Shown: positions 23,575 through 36,689, counted from the first letter of the whole stretch. The stretch is DNA of 62,312 bases, filler included, from Piptocephalis cylindrospora (GCA_003614145.1; 6 parts of 6 records of this genome joined end to end with filler, not necessarily neighbours in it), one strand, 5' to 3'. Notes: generated from the letters alone by a model not told the origin. Translations and numbers: made by a program.

Positions 23575-26572
23575 CTACTTCATTCCTGTGGATTTGTCCG
23601 AATCTTCCCGGGCTGTGGGATGAGGGTTTGTCCAAGAAGTTGCTCTAGAAGGTTGGACCATAGACTCCATGTTCATCCAATCCATCGCCATCTCCGATGG
23701 GATAAATGGCTCGTTCAAGTCCTTGGACCACGCACCCTCACCTCCTTCCTCTTCCACTGTTTCTGAAGGAAGGATCAAATGGGTCTTGCTTTCCGATCGG
23801 GTCAGTCGCTTCCTTGACCCAGATTCTGCTATAGATGGTGGGAAATGGTCTGATGACTGGCTTCGGCCTAGGCTTTGTCGAATGATTCCAGGTATCCACC
23901 TACTCCCTCGATTGGAATGGGAGGACATACTGCCACGTTCCTTATTTCCACGCTCCTCCTCCTCATCATCATCGGCTAACCGCCTTCGTCTAAAGAGCCG
24001 ATTACGGCGTAGGTTGGATACTCCTCTGGAGCCGCTCCCACCAGATCCTGATCCAGGCATCATACGATCTTTGGAGATGTCCGGGTTAACCTCCGTTTCC
24101 CAGAATCTCCCCACGACTTCCTCAGCCTCGGGGTGAATGGTGACTATGTCCAGGGGAGAAGAGGAGGCGGGTTGGAAAAAATCCATGTCAATGTAGCCTC
24201 TGTCGACTTCAGCGGACTGACGGGCACCGCCGATCCCGGCAGTATCGGGCCCTGTGGCCTCCTCAGTCCACCGCATCACTGCATCCCTCTTCCCTTCTTC
24301 CTGGGCATACTTGTATGCTGGCTTCAGCCACCGCTTAGCCATCCACCAGGCCACGAGGGAGATAAAGGGGAGAGGAAGGATGGCCGCTGCCTTTGGGGAC
24401 AGCTGACTCCAGATGTGACGAACACCTCCAGGCGCACTGGTCCCCTTTTTACCGTCCGTCAGAGGGTCGGATAGCTCGGCTACTTGGATAGCAGCAACGG
24501 CAAAGAATTGCCCCAGGACGGTGGCAAAGACAATGCGGTTAAAGACGGTGGGCCAAACCCTCCCATCTGTTTCGACGGAGGAGGTGTACACATACATTAG
24601 TTGGTACTTGTACACCAGGACAGATAATGCAAAATTGAGAGTGGTGATAAGGAGGATGAGGGGGGAGACGATGGAGTACATCAGGGCAATTTGCAGGAGG
24701 AAGAGATGGGCGGCGTAAAGAATAGGGTAAGGGAAATCGGCAGGACCTGTACTTTCCCCCTCTTCCCTCGGCGTTAGATTGCGCTTCAGGATACGCCGGA
24801 GCCATCGGAAAAACAACCCAATTACCTGGGCTAGCTCAGCCAAGACCAGGACACATCGTAGGCCGATGAAGCTGATCCAAAAGTACGAGGCATGCACAAG
24901 CCCCGCTACAACGTGTATGGCCACCCAGTCACTCAGGACCTTGCCTAGGTTGGACGCTACGGAAGTAGTAACTATCTGCCAAAGTGCACTGAGCATGGAG
25001 GCGGACATGACAACTATGTTGTTGACTAGGAAAAAGAGGAGGAGCTTTTTCATCACCGATCGACCCAAGCCACTGCGGGTAGGGGTTCCTTGGTAAAGCC
25101 CGACAAAGGAGATAATGGTGGGGAGGCACAGGGTGAAAAGCGCGTAGAGGACGGGGGAGACACTGGACTGGATGATCCCGAGAAGTGCCGCGTGCTCCTT
25201 CATCCCCTTACGTGTGCTGACCACACTAGCCAAATTAGCGAGAGCGCTGACCCATCCAACAACGAACATGGCCACCAAGACAATGCCCACCAGAACAACA
25301 TTTCCAGTTAACCTTCGTGAGGTACGCTCCATTCGATGGATCACGAGATTGGACCAAATGACATCAGCGGGGGGAGGAGCAAGCATGGCCTCGGGATACA
25401 AGTCAGGCTGGGCCCGATGGGTGGGCAGTTGTAGGAATGCCCGGAGGTACCGAGCAGATTCCCGGGCCCTTCCCGAATTCTGAAAGACGAGGAACCCTAG
25501 AGAGGAGGGCTGGTGGGTTAAGAACTGCTCTCGAGATTCTTTAATTTCCGCTTCTAGATCTCCAATTATCTGGTGATAGTAGGAGATGGCATCGACTTTG
25601 GTAGAAAATGGATTCCAGGAAGTCCGAGTCTGGGGCCTTTTTTTCGGGAGATGATGCGGATCTACGCTTTGGAAACTGGGTGTGAGAATGGAACTCTCCA
25701 ACCTCAACCCCTCAATGGAAGAGATAATTACCCCGGAGATACTGGCAAAGAACACCTTCCAGTTTCCGCACCATCTCACGGTGCTTTTCCAGTAGATGAG
25801 GAAGGTGGCCCATTTTTCTACCAATGACGATGGTCAGGCCACTACAATCCATTCCCCATTTCTTTAGAGCGGCATAAAGGGAACCTTCATGCCGGAGAAA
25901 CTTGGGAATGTGAGTAAGGAGGATGGTACGGTGGTGTAAGGGGGAAGTTGTGGAGGATACATGGGTGAACCACCGTCTTCGCAGATGAATTTGCCTTCGG
26001 TACAGCTGGTAGACTCCGGCATAAATGATAAAGGAAATGGCCCAGGACATGGCGACGTGAGCCCAATGAAGATGAGTGGAGCTTGGATCCGTAGATCCAA
26101 GGGAAATGTCTTCTAAGGAAAATCTCGCATCATCCGACCCTACATGACCCGTCTCTCTTAACGCTTTTTTTAAGGAAGAGGATGCGGAAGCATTGATGGG
26201 GAGAAGGATAGGGAGAAGGAGAAGAGAGAGAAGGAAGAGGAGGTACATACAACCTCGAAGAAATGTGAGGTAAGTGGTAGCATCCATGCCCAGACGAATG
26301 AGAAGTTCTTCATCATCCGTCTTAATGACAGGACGAAGCCATGAGAAGAGACCGGTAGGCAATTGGGGAACCGCCTTTTCCGGAGGTACATGCTTGAGCC
26401 GTAGTGCATAAATATCTTGTCGCTTAGGGCGAAGACAGGAAAAGCAAAGAATGGCTACGGTGCCAAGAAGAGTAGCGAGAAGAAGATGGATACTCGACCC
26501 TTGAGTGAGGACGGCGGAGGACTGAAGAGCCGAGACGTCCTCTGATGGATCATTCCCAGGGGTCCCACTCAT
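23575..26572 (-). CDS. CSC1/OSCA/TMEM63 (DUF221, Rsn1/Phm7-like) calcium-permeable channel
   Basis: Motifs GLFSWL, GMDATTYLTF, LLPIN, APPPADVIWSNL, YKYQLMYVY and ETDGRVW, with many TM segments. The two ORFs join in frame through intron 25662-25731. Confidence 0.92.
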
Positions 26573-28813
26573 CTTTCATAGGAAAGTAAAGCGAGGTCAG
26601 TTGTGCTGATGGAAGGGAGGGAGGGACACTTTGAGATAAACACGAATGGGCCAGCCACGACTAGATGGATGGAGAATGCAATCCCTCTACGAATCCCAGG
26701 ATTCTGTGCGGAATGAAGATGGATAGGGTATACCGGGAGAAAGCCAGTACTTTGGCCCGCGTTTAGAAAAGCCGCGAAGGACGTCCAAGACCAAGTAATA
26801 CGTAGATAATGCTCCGAAATGGACCAGTATGAAGTCGGAGAAATGAAAATGGTAGGGAGCAGCCAAGCTGATGTACTGATGAGAATAGGGATGAGAGTGG
26901 GATGAAGCGGGAAGCGGATGAAGGATGGACGGACTGGACAGAAAAAGGAAAGAACGCAGAGAACGGAAAAATAATGACGGAGAGAGAATCAATGAACGCT
27001 AGAAGATAGGGAGTCCGCCTGATGTCCCTTTTTTTGTCCTTGCCTTCCCAAGCTGATGGGCAAGGGATGAGGACCAGGGTGCCCTGGAGTCCCTTTGTTA
27101 CACACATACAATTGGTGTGCCAAAGGCAGGGGAACATTAGATAGGATCAGGGGAGAAGAAACTCAAGGTCCGATCCTGATAGCGGAGTTTCATTCATAAA
27201 GATAGAGAGGAACCAACTGTAGAGTCTGGCTTGGGCGATGAAGCGGAGTCAGCGCGCTGGCTGGAGGCACCTTGGAAAATTGAAGTTTGTCAGAAAAGGC
27301 AATGCAAGGGGGATAGTCGAGGGCCCCCCGTCCGGACGGTGATACTGAGTACATCTGGGTGAGGGCAACCATGTATGAACATGATAAAATGGAATCAGAA
27401 AGACAAGGCACTTGGACCAACCAGACAACCCAGTGCCTTGACTTGTCATCATTGAACAGTCGCCCACAACTATATCCCATCATACCTTCTCTACATTACA
27501 CCCCTGTTGGTTTGCCAGAATAATGCTGGAAAGGCTGGCATTTGGATGATAAAACGGACGATCCAAGGGTTATACGCCAATGACCCCTATCCTCTTCTCC
27601 TAGCAGGTCATTTTATATTTAGTACACAACGATTATAAACAGAGTTGAGAATTTAGTATCCCGGTTTCATTCTTAAGCCACTCGGTGATCCATGTCTTCT
27701 ATGCCTTGGCATGATTAGACGAACATGTTGCGTTCGCATGCGCTTGCACCTTGCTTTGGAGAAAACACAGGAAATCCTATCAGTTGCCTTGCTCGACTAT
27801 CCCCTGAGAACAACCCAGAAAGTATTATTATCCCCCTTACTTGATTGTCCCGTAGATCATTACTACCATACTTTTCATGGCTTCAAGTAGCATTTAAGCA
27901 CGGGCATTTCCTCAGTGCTATCTGTAAATTATTGTATTATCATTCCAGCCTTCAAGTAACTATCCTACCTCACAAATCCTTGCTTGCAAGAGGACTGAAG
28001 ATAGAAAATTAGGGCATTAGCATTCAACAACAAATACCTGCCTGCCCACTATTTGCTACTACTATCACCACCTGTCACAACCTTGACTGACTTGAAAACC
28101 CTTTTTATTTTACTCATTTTGACGAACGCCGCCTGCTGTTGCGTAGCTGGATGGCAGTGATGATGTCGCTCGGTAGGCCGGTGTGTGGCGAGTAGGGCTG
28201 AGTAAGCCAACATGGCTGGGCGGTGTCAGTGGAGCTACGTATGAAAGAAGTCTATGTAAGGGATTGGTCTGAGAGGCCGCTTCAATAGGCATTGATGCGA
28301 CGACGGGCCACATAACGGATGATGGTGATATATAAGGCTGAGCGCGTAGCGCCCAGGAAGATGGGCCAGGGGCGTGGGAGAGGTTCGATCCTTCCCTTTT
28401 CCTTTCATCAGTATACTCTTATTCTCGTCCAGTTCCCCTTCTCTTTTCCCTCTCTGATTTATACTGTGTTTACACTCTAGTAGTAGTGTTCTGTCGATCC
28501 CATACTCATCTCCCCACATCATATCACCCGGCACAGCAATTGTCTCTCGGACTGACCTCCCCCCAGTCAAATCAATCACACCCGCAAATTTCGGCGGAAT
28601 CAAGCACAGAAAAACTATCCAACACTGCCACAGCCTAAAATTACATCTTTGAAAATGCCCACAAATTTGGGGATGGCGCACATTTCAGTGTGTATTCGTA
28701 CACTAGTAATAATAGGTGGGGGGACTCGCCATTGGGCAGTGGATTGAGTGGCCTGATGAGCCGACTTGACTGACCATTGGCCGGGGTCAGCCAAACTCGC
28801 CTGATCCTCCCCC

Positions 28814-28844
28814 ATCACCCTACAGCTTTCGATGGTGGGGTGAG
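28814..28844. promoter_or_regulatory. Putative inverted pair of sterol regulatory elements
   Basis: ATCACCCTAC (+, 28814-28823) and CTCACCCCAC (-, 28835-28844), compared with the SRE consensus TCACNCCAC; about 200 nt upstream of the SREBP ATG. Confidence 0.4.
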
Positions 28845-29045
28845 AGTAACGATAGACGCAGTCCTTCCTGGCTGGACTGGCGAACACAAGTAGATAATAC
28901 AGCGGCATGCAAAATTCCCTACCCCCTTATCCTCTCGTCCTTCCTCCATCCTTCCTCCACTCTCACCCCCGCTTCCTTTCTTCCTTGATTCCGCGTTAAT
29001 TATCCATCCTTTTGCTTCTATTCCCTCCCTCTTGCCCAAGATACC

Positions 29046-31279
29046 ATGTCGTTTATCAAACAGGATCCTGAGCAGGCAGCTGGGGATTATACAACGTCAA
29101 GTAGTACTTCTCCCCATACCACCGTCGAATCCCCCGAATCAATGGGTTCCAGTGCTTCAGGCGATTTTTTCACTGATCTCAGCGCCTCTTCGGCGTTGGA
29201 CCCTCTCTTTTCCACAGTCGACGTGGATCTTTCCTCCCTTCTTCCATCCTTGAACTTTCCCTCGGCTCCTGCCTCCTCTGCTCCCATGCACGCTTCCGCA
29301 TCCGAACCCCAGGATCATTTTCTTTCGGAGATGCTCCAATCCAACCTTTTCTCCCTACCCTCCTCCACTGATGGTGAGCTCGCCCCGGAGGCCAATACCC
29401 ACCTCTCACCTGATCGAACTCCCTCCCCATACACGTCACCTCTGAGCCATGGGAAGAGGAAGTACTCGACCCCTTCACCTTTCGCCTTGCTACCTACTGC
29501 TACCACATCGAGTTATCCGGGGCCGCGAACACCAGCTCCACCCTTGACCCCAGAGCATGTACCGGTTTCTCCCGAAGGCTATAAGAGACCTCGCCCCTCA
29601 CCCCTGGACTTTGGGGCTTCGGCAGAAGCTTCTGGGAACCTCGGGCACCATTTCGCCTCCCCCTTTCCCACTCCTGGCCTGGTTCAGAATGTGTCCTCTG
29701 CACCTCCAACCTCTACGGCTGATATTGCCTCACTGATGCCGGCTTTCAGTGAGGAATTGATCAATGCTTTGGCTGGCCGTGTACTTGTTGCTCAACAAAA
29801 TATGATGGCTGCTGCTGCCTCTTCCTCCTCCTCCTCTTCCCCACAGCCCCCCATAACTGCTCCCGAGGCGCTCCATCCAGCTGCCCAGTCTGCCCCATCG
29901 ACCCAAGCCCCTAGGCCCTCTCCTCCCTTGGATGCCCAGGGAGCCCCTAAGGTTCCTATTACCCGTCTTCGTCCTCCGCCCACTCCGGCGATTACATCTT
30001 CCCCTACGATGACCTCAGCCCCGCTTTCCTCTCATATGACTGCTAGTCATCATAATGACCAAGGGATGTCCTCGATTATGGAGGGGTCATCGATGATGGG
30101 AAGGAATCACCCACCTCCCTCTTCCTCTGCTATCGGGGATCGTTTTGGAAAGGCTTCGGGTGGCAAGGCTAAAACACACCGCAAATCCAATCATAATGCC
30201 ATCGAGCGTCGGTACCGTACCAACCTGAATGAGCGTATTGCTGAACTACGCGCCTCTGTCCCCTCCCTGATCAATGAGCCAGATGACAAATGCAACAAGG
30301 GCACCATCCTGCGTAGAGCCACCGAGTACATTCATGAACTCCAGCAGGAGCTGGAATGGAGGACTGAGCTGGATTCCCGCACAGAAGCTCGTCTCAATGA
30401 AGGAGATCTAGAGGCTGAAGAATATCGTGAGCTGCGTAGACGATGCATGCCCCTCTTTCCCGTCGAATCCTCTGAGCAAGAGGGAGAGGTCATAACTTCC
30501 GAAGAAACTTTGGCCATATCCAATGAGGAGCCCTCAGGCCCTGGAAGGGCGACCAAGCCCCTTCTTCTTCTTGGGTTCATGGGAATTATGGTTCTGGTCC
30601 CTACACAATTTTCCGGGAATGACGGCAATGGAAGTGGAGAAGGACGAGTAGTGCAAAGTCTTTCAGGGATTCCCGGCATGGGATTCCTTTCATCCTCGGC
30701 TAATGTGGCCCTTGAAGGTCATATCAGCTCTTCTCCCCTGATTGCGGGCTTAAGGCTCCTCTTTCTCCTTGGAGCCCTTGGCATCTTAGCCACCCTTCTC
30801 CCTCGCTGGATTGGCCAGGGGGATCGTGGAAAGGGTAAACGATCGTCCAAGACCGTACTTGCTAATGCGGATAATGGTATGACTCAGTCCGAGGAGATTA
30901 CCTGGCGGAAAGATGTGGAAACGTTGCAGCGCCGACTGCTTCATACCCTTCGAAACCCTTCTGGTAAGTCCATGATGGCCAATACCCTAATAATAACGAT
31001 CGACAAGCACTATCTATATTCTTGGAGTTTCTTACTCTAGCTGTACTAATATGTTTTTCTTCCCTCTACCTACTCAGAAACTAACTTGGAATCCAGAGAT
31101 AAAGTTGTGACCCAAGCACAGAGCCTTTTGGAATGCTACTGGAGGAGTGGGTACTGGAGGCACGATGAGGGACAGGAAGACAAAGGAAGGTTTATCCGCT
31201 TGGCCCTTACCCTCATATCTGTCTTCCCTTCCATATCGGATTCCAGAGGATTCAAGGAGGGTCCCAAGTCGACCACTGG
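29046..31279 (+). CDS. SREBP (Sre1/SrbA-like) membrane-bound bHLH-zip transcription factor, 3'-truncated
   Basis: HNAIERRYRTNLNERIAEL carries the SREBP-specific Tyr, followed by NKGTILRRATEYI and two TM segments around a short loop. The N-terminus is acidic. An intron follows ~30963 and the next exon runs to the contig end. Confidence 0.88.
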
Positions 31280-31379
31280 NNNNNNNNNNNNNNNNNNNNN
31301 NNNNNNNNNNNNNNNNNNNNNNNTTAATTAATTAANNNNNNNNNNNNNNNNNNNNNNNNNNNNNNNNNNNNNNNNNNNN
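31280..31379. other. Artificial contig spacer
   Basis: N44-TTAATTAATTAA-N44. Confidence 0.97.
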
Positions 31380-31399
31380 GCCGTGGCCACGCCGGACCT

Positions 31400-31921
31400 T
31401 CAATGCTGCTGGACGGAAGCCCGGGGCCTAGGGGAGACCGGGGAAGTGGAGGCCCGGGTGGACCGACGAGGCTGGGAGCTAGGGCGAGAAATGCCTCTGT
31501 ATCTTAATCTGCCACCGCAAGTAAAGTCAGTGCGTGCCCAATTGGTACTGGGAGAGGAAATATTCATGGCGGGGGAGGAAGACAGGTTGCCTCCCTGGGA
31601 TGGGGCCGTTGCATGCCTTCGCCGAAATCTAATGGTCCGCATCATATCAAAGGACCCTCGGCCCGTAGAGGCTATCCCAGCAAGCTGCGAGGGCGTCCCA
31701 GGATCATTAGCCCTCCATAAAGCCTTCCTCAGGTGGATCAACCGGCACTCCTCTCCCGCATTCGACCGGATGCTCCCCTCTAGCTTAATCATCAGACTCC
31801 CTGTCCGGCAGGGTTTGGCCAAACGGATGGACACGTATCCCCGTACCAAATCCCCCGGTCGAAACACTGCTGTCGAGTTGTACAGCGTAATGGCAAATTC
31901 ACTAGATTCTTCAGCTGGCAT
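31400..31921 (-). CDS. Alpha-arrestin (Arrestin_N) domain protein, partial
   Basis: FAITL....VFRPGDLVRGYVSIRL......SLMIKLEG is typical of an arrestin N-domain start. A possible upstream exon lies in 32031-32438, and the gene probably continues off the contig. Confidence 0.65.
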   Translation of the reverse strand: MPAEESSEFAITLYNSTAVFRPGDLVRGYVSIRLAKPCRTGSLMIKLEGSIRSNAGEECRLIHLRKALWRANDPGTPSQLAGIASTGRGSFDMMRTIRFRRRHATAPSQGGNLSSSPAMNISSPSTNWARTDFTCGGRLRYRGISRPSSQPRRSTRASTSPVSPRPRASVQQH

Positions 31922-33335
31922 AATGAGAGCAAGAGATAGTGAGGGTCAAAGTAATGCTGAGGATGAGGAATGCTGAAGGATGCAGGGAAGGGGGAAATGA
32001 ATGATTATCAGGAAAGGAGAAAAGGGATGATTATGGGGCTTTGCTGGATGAAATGAGAGACGGAGCGATATGACGAGGAGTACGGGGGCTTGTATAGATG
32101 GGCGGTTTTATTGGGTACGAAATGGGAGGAGGACAGATGAAGGAGGTTACGGGATTCTTTCCTTTACGCAGACATTTAGCCTTTTTGTCCCTTACGTCCT
32201 CGTCGACGGAATATTGAAAGGAAGTAGATAAGGAAGAAGCCTCTCCACCGACATATTCTGTCTCATCAGCAGCAGGTATACTCAGTGAGGGCGAGTGAAT
32301 GGGGGATGGGGGGAAGGGGGAACAAGTGGCTCTGTGTAAGGGAAATGACATGCATGAGGATGATGATTCAAGCGAGTCATCGAACAAGGCAGGGGGCAGG
32401 GGGAGACGGAAAGGGGAGGCGGGATTGGAAGAGGACACGCACCATCATCTTGACCATCCATTTCCCCACTTGTATCACCGAGATACGAACCCAAGTCAGA
32501 TGTGGACTATGCCGCGCAGAGCGCAGAAAGAGAGGGGGCATCCTTGGATACACAGGATGCATAGTGTGGGAGCTCAGGACAGGGTTAGTAGGGATATCGT
32601 GCTATTTGAGAATGCCGCTGAGGATTCATACTCCTTTTCTTGAGATGAGCTCAAGTATTAGAATGATCGGGACGGGTGTCATTATGCAAGGAATAGAGAA
32701 GATGAGCCTTTTTATCTCTTGGGAAGGTGCACCGCTTGAGCGGAGCACGGAGATACGAAGTTGGTCTGACTATGACCAAATAGACGCATAAGGCAGTTTG
32801 AGATGATGAGACAGTAAGATGATATACTTCCGGTAGGGGTGGCCCGACCCCGCCTTGATGAGGATATACTTTTCAGAGTGTTTCCCATCCATAAAAAATC
32901 ATCTATTTTTAGTGAGGAAGCTCATCAACGAATTACTTCTAGCGGCCAAGCATTCTTGAGAGACAAGGTATAAAGAGTCAAAGGTTCGGACTAAAGGGAG
33001 CAACTCAAACCTTGATGGTCTTTATTGGGATAGATCATGATGAATATCGGGATTAGAAGCAAATTAACGCAGCTGTGCTTGAATGACAGTACCCAGAAAG
33101 GGGAAAGAAGATCCATCAAGACTACCTGTATACACGATCCCTTTAATGGGATAAGACAAGGCAATCTAGGCCCCTCCTCACTCCCGTATTCATAATATCC
33201 GACTTAAAATTCACACTCAAACCTAATTTCCCTATGTATATTGCAAGCATATAAAAACACGTCTGAGGATCCAGGCTCCTCTTTGCATCAAGGTGCACGT
33301 ACATGCTTGTAGATGAGAGTCGTGTCTAGGATTAC

Positions 33336-33575
33336 CTAGGCCGCGTATGCCAATCCGACTCCCCGTCGAGCTAGGGCCCTCATTTGCGTGGCATCAGGCT
33401 CGAGTATCATGTAACTCACGGGGGATGAGGATTTGGCCACAGCCGGATCACTAGGCGCGACATCATGGATATGAAGGCCATTCCAGGCGGCAACCGGGAT
33501 AGGAGAAGCATTCGATGATTGGGTCAGTAGGACTGCAAAAGCGACGACGGCGATACTCAGTATATGCATTGTCAC
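33336..33575 (-). CDS. Small secreted prepro-peptide (79 aa)
   Basis: Signal peptide MHILSIAVVAFAVLLTQSSNA/SPIP, a pro-region, a dibasic LARR site, then GVGLAYAA and stop. Confidence 0.65.
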   Translation of the reverse strand: MTMHILSIAVVAFAVLLTQSSNASPIPVAAWNGLHIHDVAPSDPAVAKSSSPVSYMILEPDATQMRALARRGVGLAYAA

Positions 33576-34794
33576 TGATTGAATGAAGACAAGGAGAGAG
33601 GAGCAGACGTTACAACTAATGGTAACAGATGAGGCAGGGAGGGAGAAGGTGAAAGAGGTGAAGGCGGAAGAACAAGAAATGGGCGTTGGTCGTAAAACAA
33701 CCTTATATGGGAAGAGGGGATGAAGGATGCTCGTGACGCAGCAGTAAGGCTATGCAAGACAAGGCACTGTGCTGACGAGAAAGAACAATTGCTTGGAAGT
33801 GCGAGTGAAGAAGAGGAGGGGGGGTGACGTGAAAAGGGAAGAGGCAGCAAACGGAGGAGCCGAGCAAAGGCAAGGGATGAATAACTGAAGAGAGAGAATG
33901 GTGTTGTGGTTTAGTGAGAAGAGAACGAGGGATGATTAGAGATGAGCAGCACCCTCAGGCATATCAGACAGCCAGTTTAAATGAGGATTTGTCGTAACCA
34001 GCCAAGGCCTACAGTAGGAGGGCCGAGACGCAATGCGAAATCCCTTTTTTCCCTTTCTTCCCTCGTATAGCATCCAAAGGGGGGTGAGACTCAATGGGAT
34101 AGAGCGGTCCCCAAAAAAAGCTGGAGCAGAATGAGCCTTGGCTCTTGGCCAATCAGAGACTAGCGGAGTAGCGGAGTATGAAGCGGGAACTGAAAGCGAC
34201 AATCGACCGATACACAATCAGATGATGATACACGGTGAGATGTGGACGAGAAGAGGCATGCAGCTCAGATGTGGTAAAAGAGCAGAGAGGGAGTGATGAG
34301 GGTAGATGCTGATGAGCCACGGCGGTCATGCCCCTCTCTTTACTGCAGGGGACAACGAATACCAGGGAGGTGCGCGGATACAAGCCTGATCCAAGAAACG
34401 CACAGGTAGGCTCAGTCCCCAAACTCAAGGTCAGCTACCATGGACAATGGTTATCTCCCATTCTGCCGGAGGAGAAAGGCGGTATAGATGACGTATCCTC
34501 ACCCCCCCTATCGGCAACAAGCGCATCTCCCAAAGCCATCACCATTACCGTTACCAACCGTTAGGATCAGAAACACTCATCTGACCTATGCACCCGTTTA
34601 GCCTAGACATAAATCATACAGTTGGGACGGGGGGGGAGGAAGTGATGGGCAGGGATTGAAACATCGCAATTGGCCATGACTGAGGAAGAAAGGGTCATGA
34701 GTCATCAGGGATTTCAGGAGTAGGAACGCCCATGGGTACACAAGAAAAGTAGTAAATGTCATCCCTGGTGGCCCCTATTCCATACTTCCCATAC

Positions 34795-36689
34795 TCAACT
34801 TGACTCTCCTCCCCCAACTTCCCCCCCTTCTTCTTCCTCCGCGGGATCCACAAAGGTGGGAGTAGCCACGGCAGAAGAGGAGGTTAACCGTCGCAACAGC
34901 TCAAGTGCCTGAGCCTTTGCCCGGTAAAGCCGAATGACCATCTCCTGCTCTACTGTGCACGACATCACGTCCAACAGTCCCCGTGTTTTCAAGGCTCCAT
35001 TGAAGCCTTTTGCCAACCCGGATATCCATCTAGCTTCCTTTTCCTCAGGAAGTATCACGATATTTTCAGGAGATTCAGCGAACATTCTTCCTCCAGATCC
35101 TCCTCCTACTCGGGACTCTAGGTCCTTACGCCAGGCTCGATGCTTCCGATCAAGTTCCTTAACTAGTTTTCTCAGACGACCAATCCATCCCTTTATATCG
35201 TCCTTAAAGGGCAAAAGAGGATCGCTCATCCTTTCATGCCACCCCCCTTCCTGATTCTCTTGCAAGACGGCCCATCCTAGAAAGATGTACAAGGCTGGGA
35301 GTATACGTAAGGAGGCCAGGGAGGGAAGCATTGGGATCCTTCCCCCCCTTTCCTTCCGCCTTCTCCTCTCCCAAGAGTTGGAGAAATGAATCGATGAGGC
35401 ATTCGAGAAGCGGAAGGGTGAATGACGGGATGATCAAAGCTCTGAGGTCGTTCATCGATTGAGCCTGCCTTTTTTCATCAGATTCCACTGGATTCTTGGG
35501 GGAAGTCAGGGCACATAAGTGCATCCCCACCATGCGCATCAAGGTATCTCGCCGAATGTACCGATCTTTGAGGGCCTCTCTAATGTCACCTAAGAGGTCA
35601 TCCCTCCAGGTCTTGGGGCCCAACGTTCTGCTCGGGGAAGAAAGGAATAATTAAGAAAGAAGCGTAGCCATGATGTAAATACATCCACGGCCCACACCTA
35701 CCCTTCCAGGTACCAGTGACGATGAAGTCGTAGCCAAGTCATCTTGACCTTCTCCTCCATAGAGACAATGTCCTGCCCCTCTGTATCAGGGGCAGGAGTA
35801 CTCCGTAGGAGGTGAAGAAAGTTCCTCCATCCGTATCGATGAGGCTTTTTGGAAGCCTGGCACATATAGTAAAAGTAATAGGTGGTGAAACTATCTAAAG
35901 TCTGTTGGTGAGTTAGGGCCATCTGATGAAGTGCCCTCCCCTGATCCGGATCAACTTCCAGGGCCTGAAGATACCTCTTCAGGGTTCCGTCCCACTTTTT
36001 CACCTTTTTCCGCGTAACCAGCTCCCGATACCGCGCAATATCCCCCAGGGCGGTGTAGCAGTAAGAGAGGATGAACCGGGTAGATGGACTCAAAAGGTCT
36101 ATGGTCTCCCCATTCAGCCTATCAGTAGTCTTATAGGGATCACCATTGGTCCAACAGCTCAATCGATCCGGAGAAAGGATGGAATCACCTAATCCAGTTC
36201 CAGTCACCATTGGAGGCTCCCGGGTACATTGTAGGATGAGTCGACGTGCAAGCTCGCTCCAATATCCGGCAGCCTCATGCAGAAATAGCCGGTATATTCG
36301 AGCATCCTGACGCCCGCCTTGATTCTTTCTCTGTTGCTCTGACGCTGAGTTGGCGCGTAATCGTACTCTCAAGGCATCAATTACCTCGTGAAACACCGGT
36401 CGCCAGCAATATCGGTCGGCATACTCAACAAAGCTGGAAGAGGGCTCCTTGAGAACCCCATGAAAGAACAACTCCCCAATTTCCATCCGCAGCCCCTGGC
36501 ACTGTTCATCCTCGACCGTGTCCATCGGAAGTTCCTTTTTCCGAGTTTCCAGGCCCAAAAGCGCAATTCGCAAGCGGCTAAAACGACCACATATAAAGAT
36601 ATCGTTAATCAGGAGAAGAAGTATGAGATAATGTACACTCACGTCCGTAAACCAGAGAGGGAGTCGGGTAAGGATCTAGAATCCTGCAT
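34795..36689 (-). CDS. Est1/Ebs1/SMG5-7 family TPR protein, multi-exon, with one apparent frameshift
   Basis: Motifs WRPVFHEVI, FLHEAAGYW, LGDIARYRE, Y.QA..DP.QGRALHQMA and LPALYIFLGW. Exon 1 (MQDSRS.., GTGAGT donor) splices in frame. A frameshift occurs at the G7 run 35342-35348. Confidence 0.8.

Noticed and set aside
25712..25824. Overlapping ORFs in the CSC1-like gene as a frameshift
   Set aside because: Resolved by a canonical 70-nt intron (25662-25731).
28155..28201. Possible box C/D snoRNA (GTGATGA...CTGA)
   Set aside because: Too short (about 46 nt), and I could not identify an rRNA-complementary guide.
31383..31976. 197-aa + strand ORF
   Set aside because: Antisense to the arrestin-like frame and has no recognisable motif.
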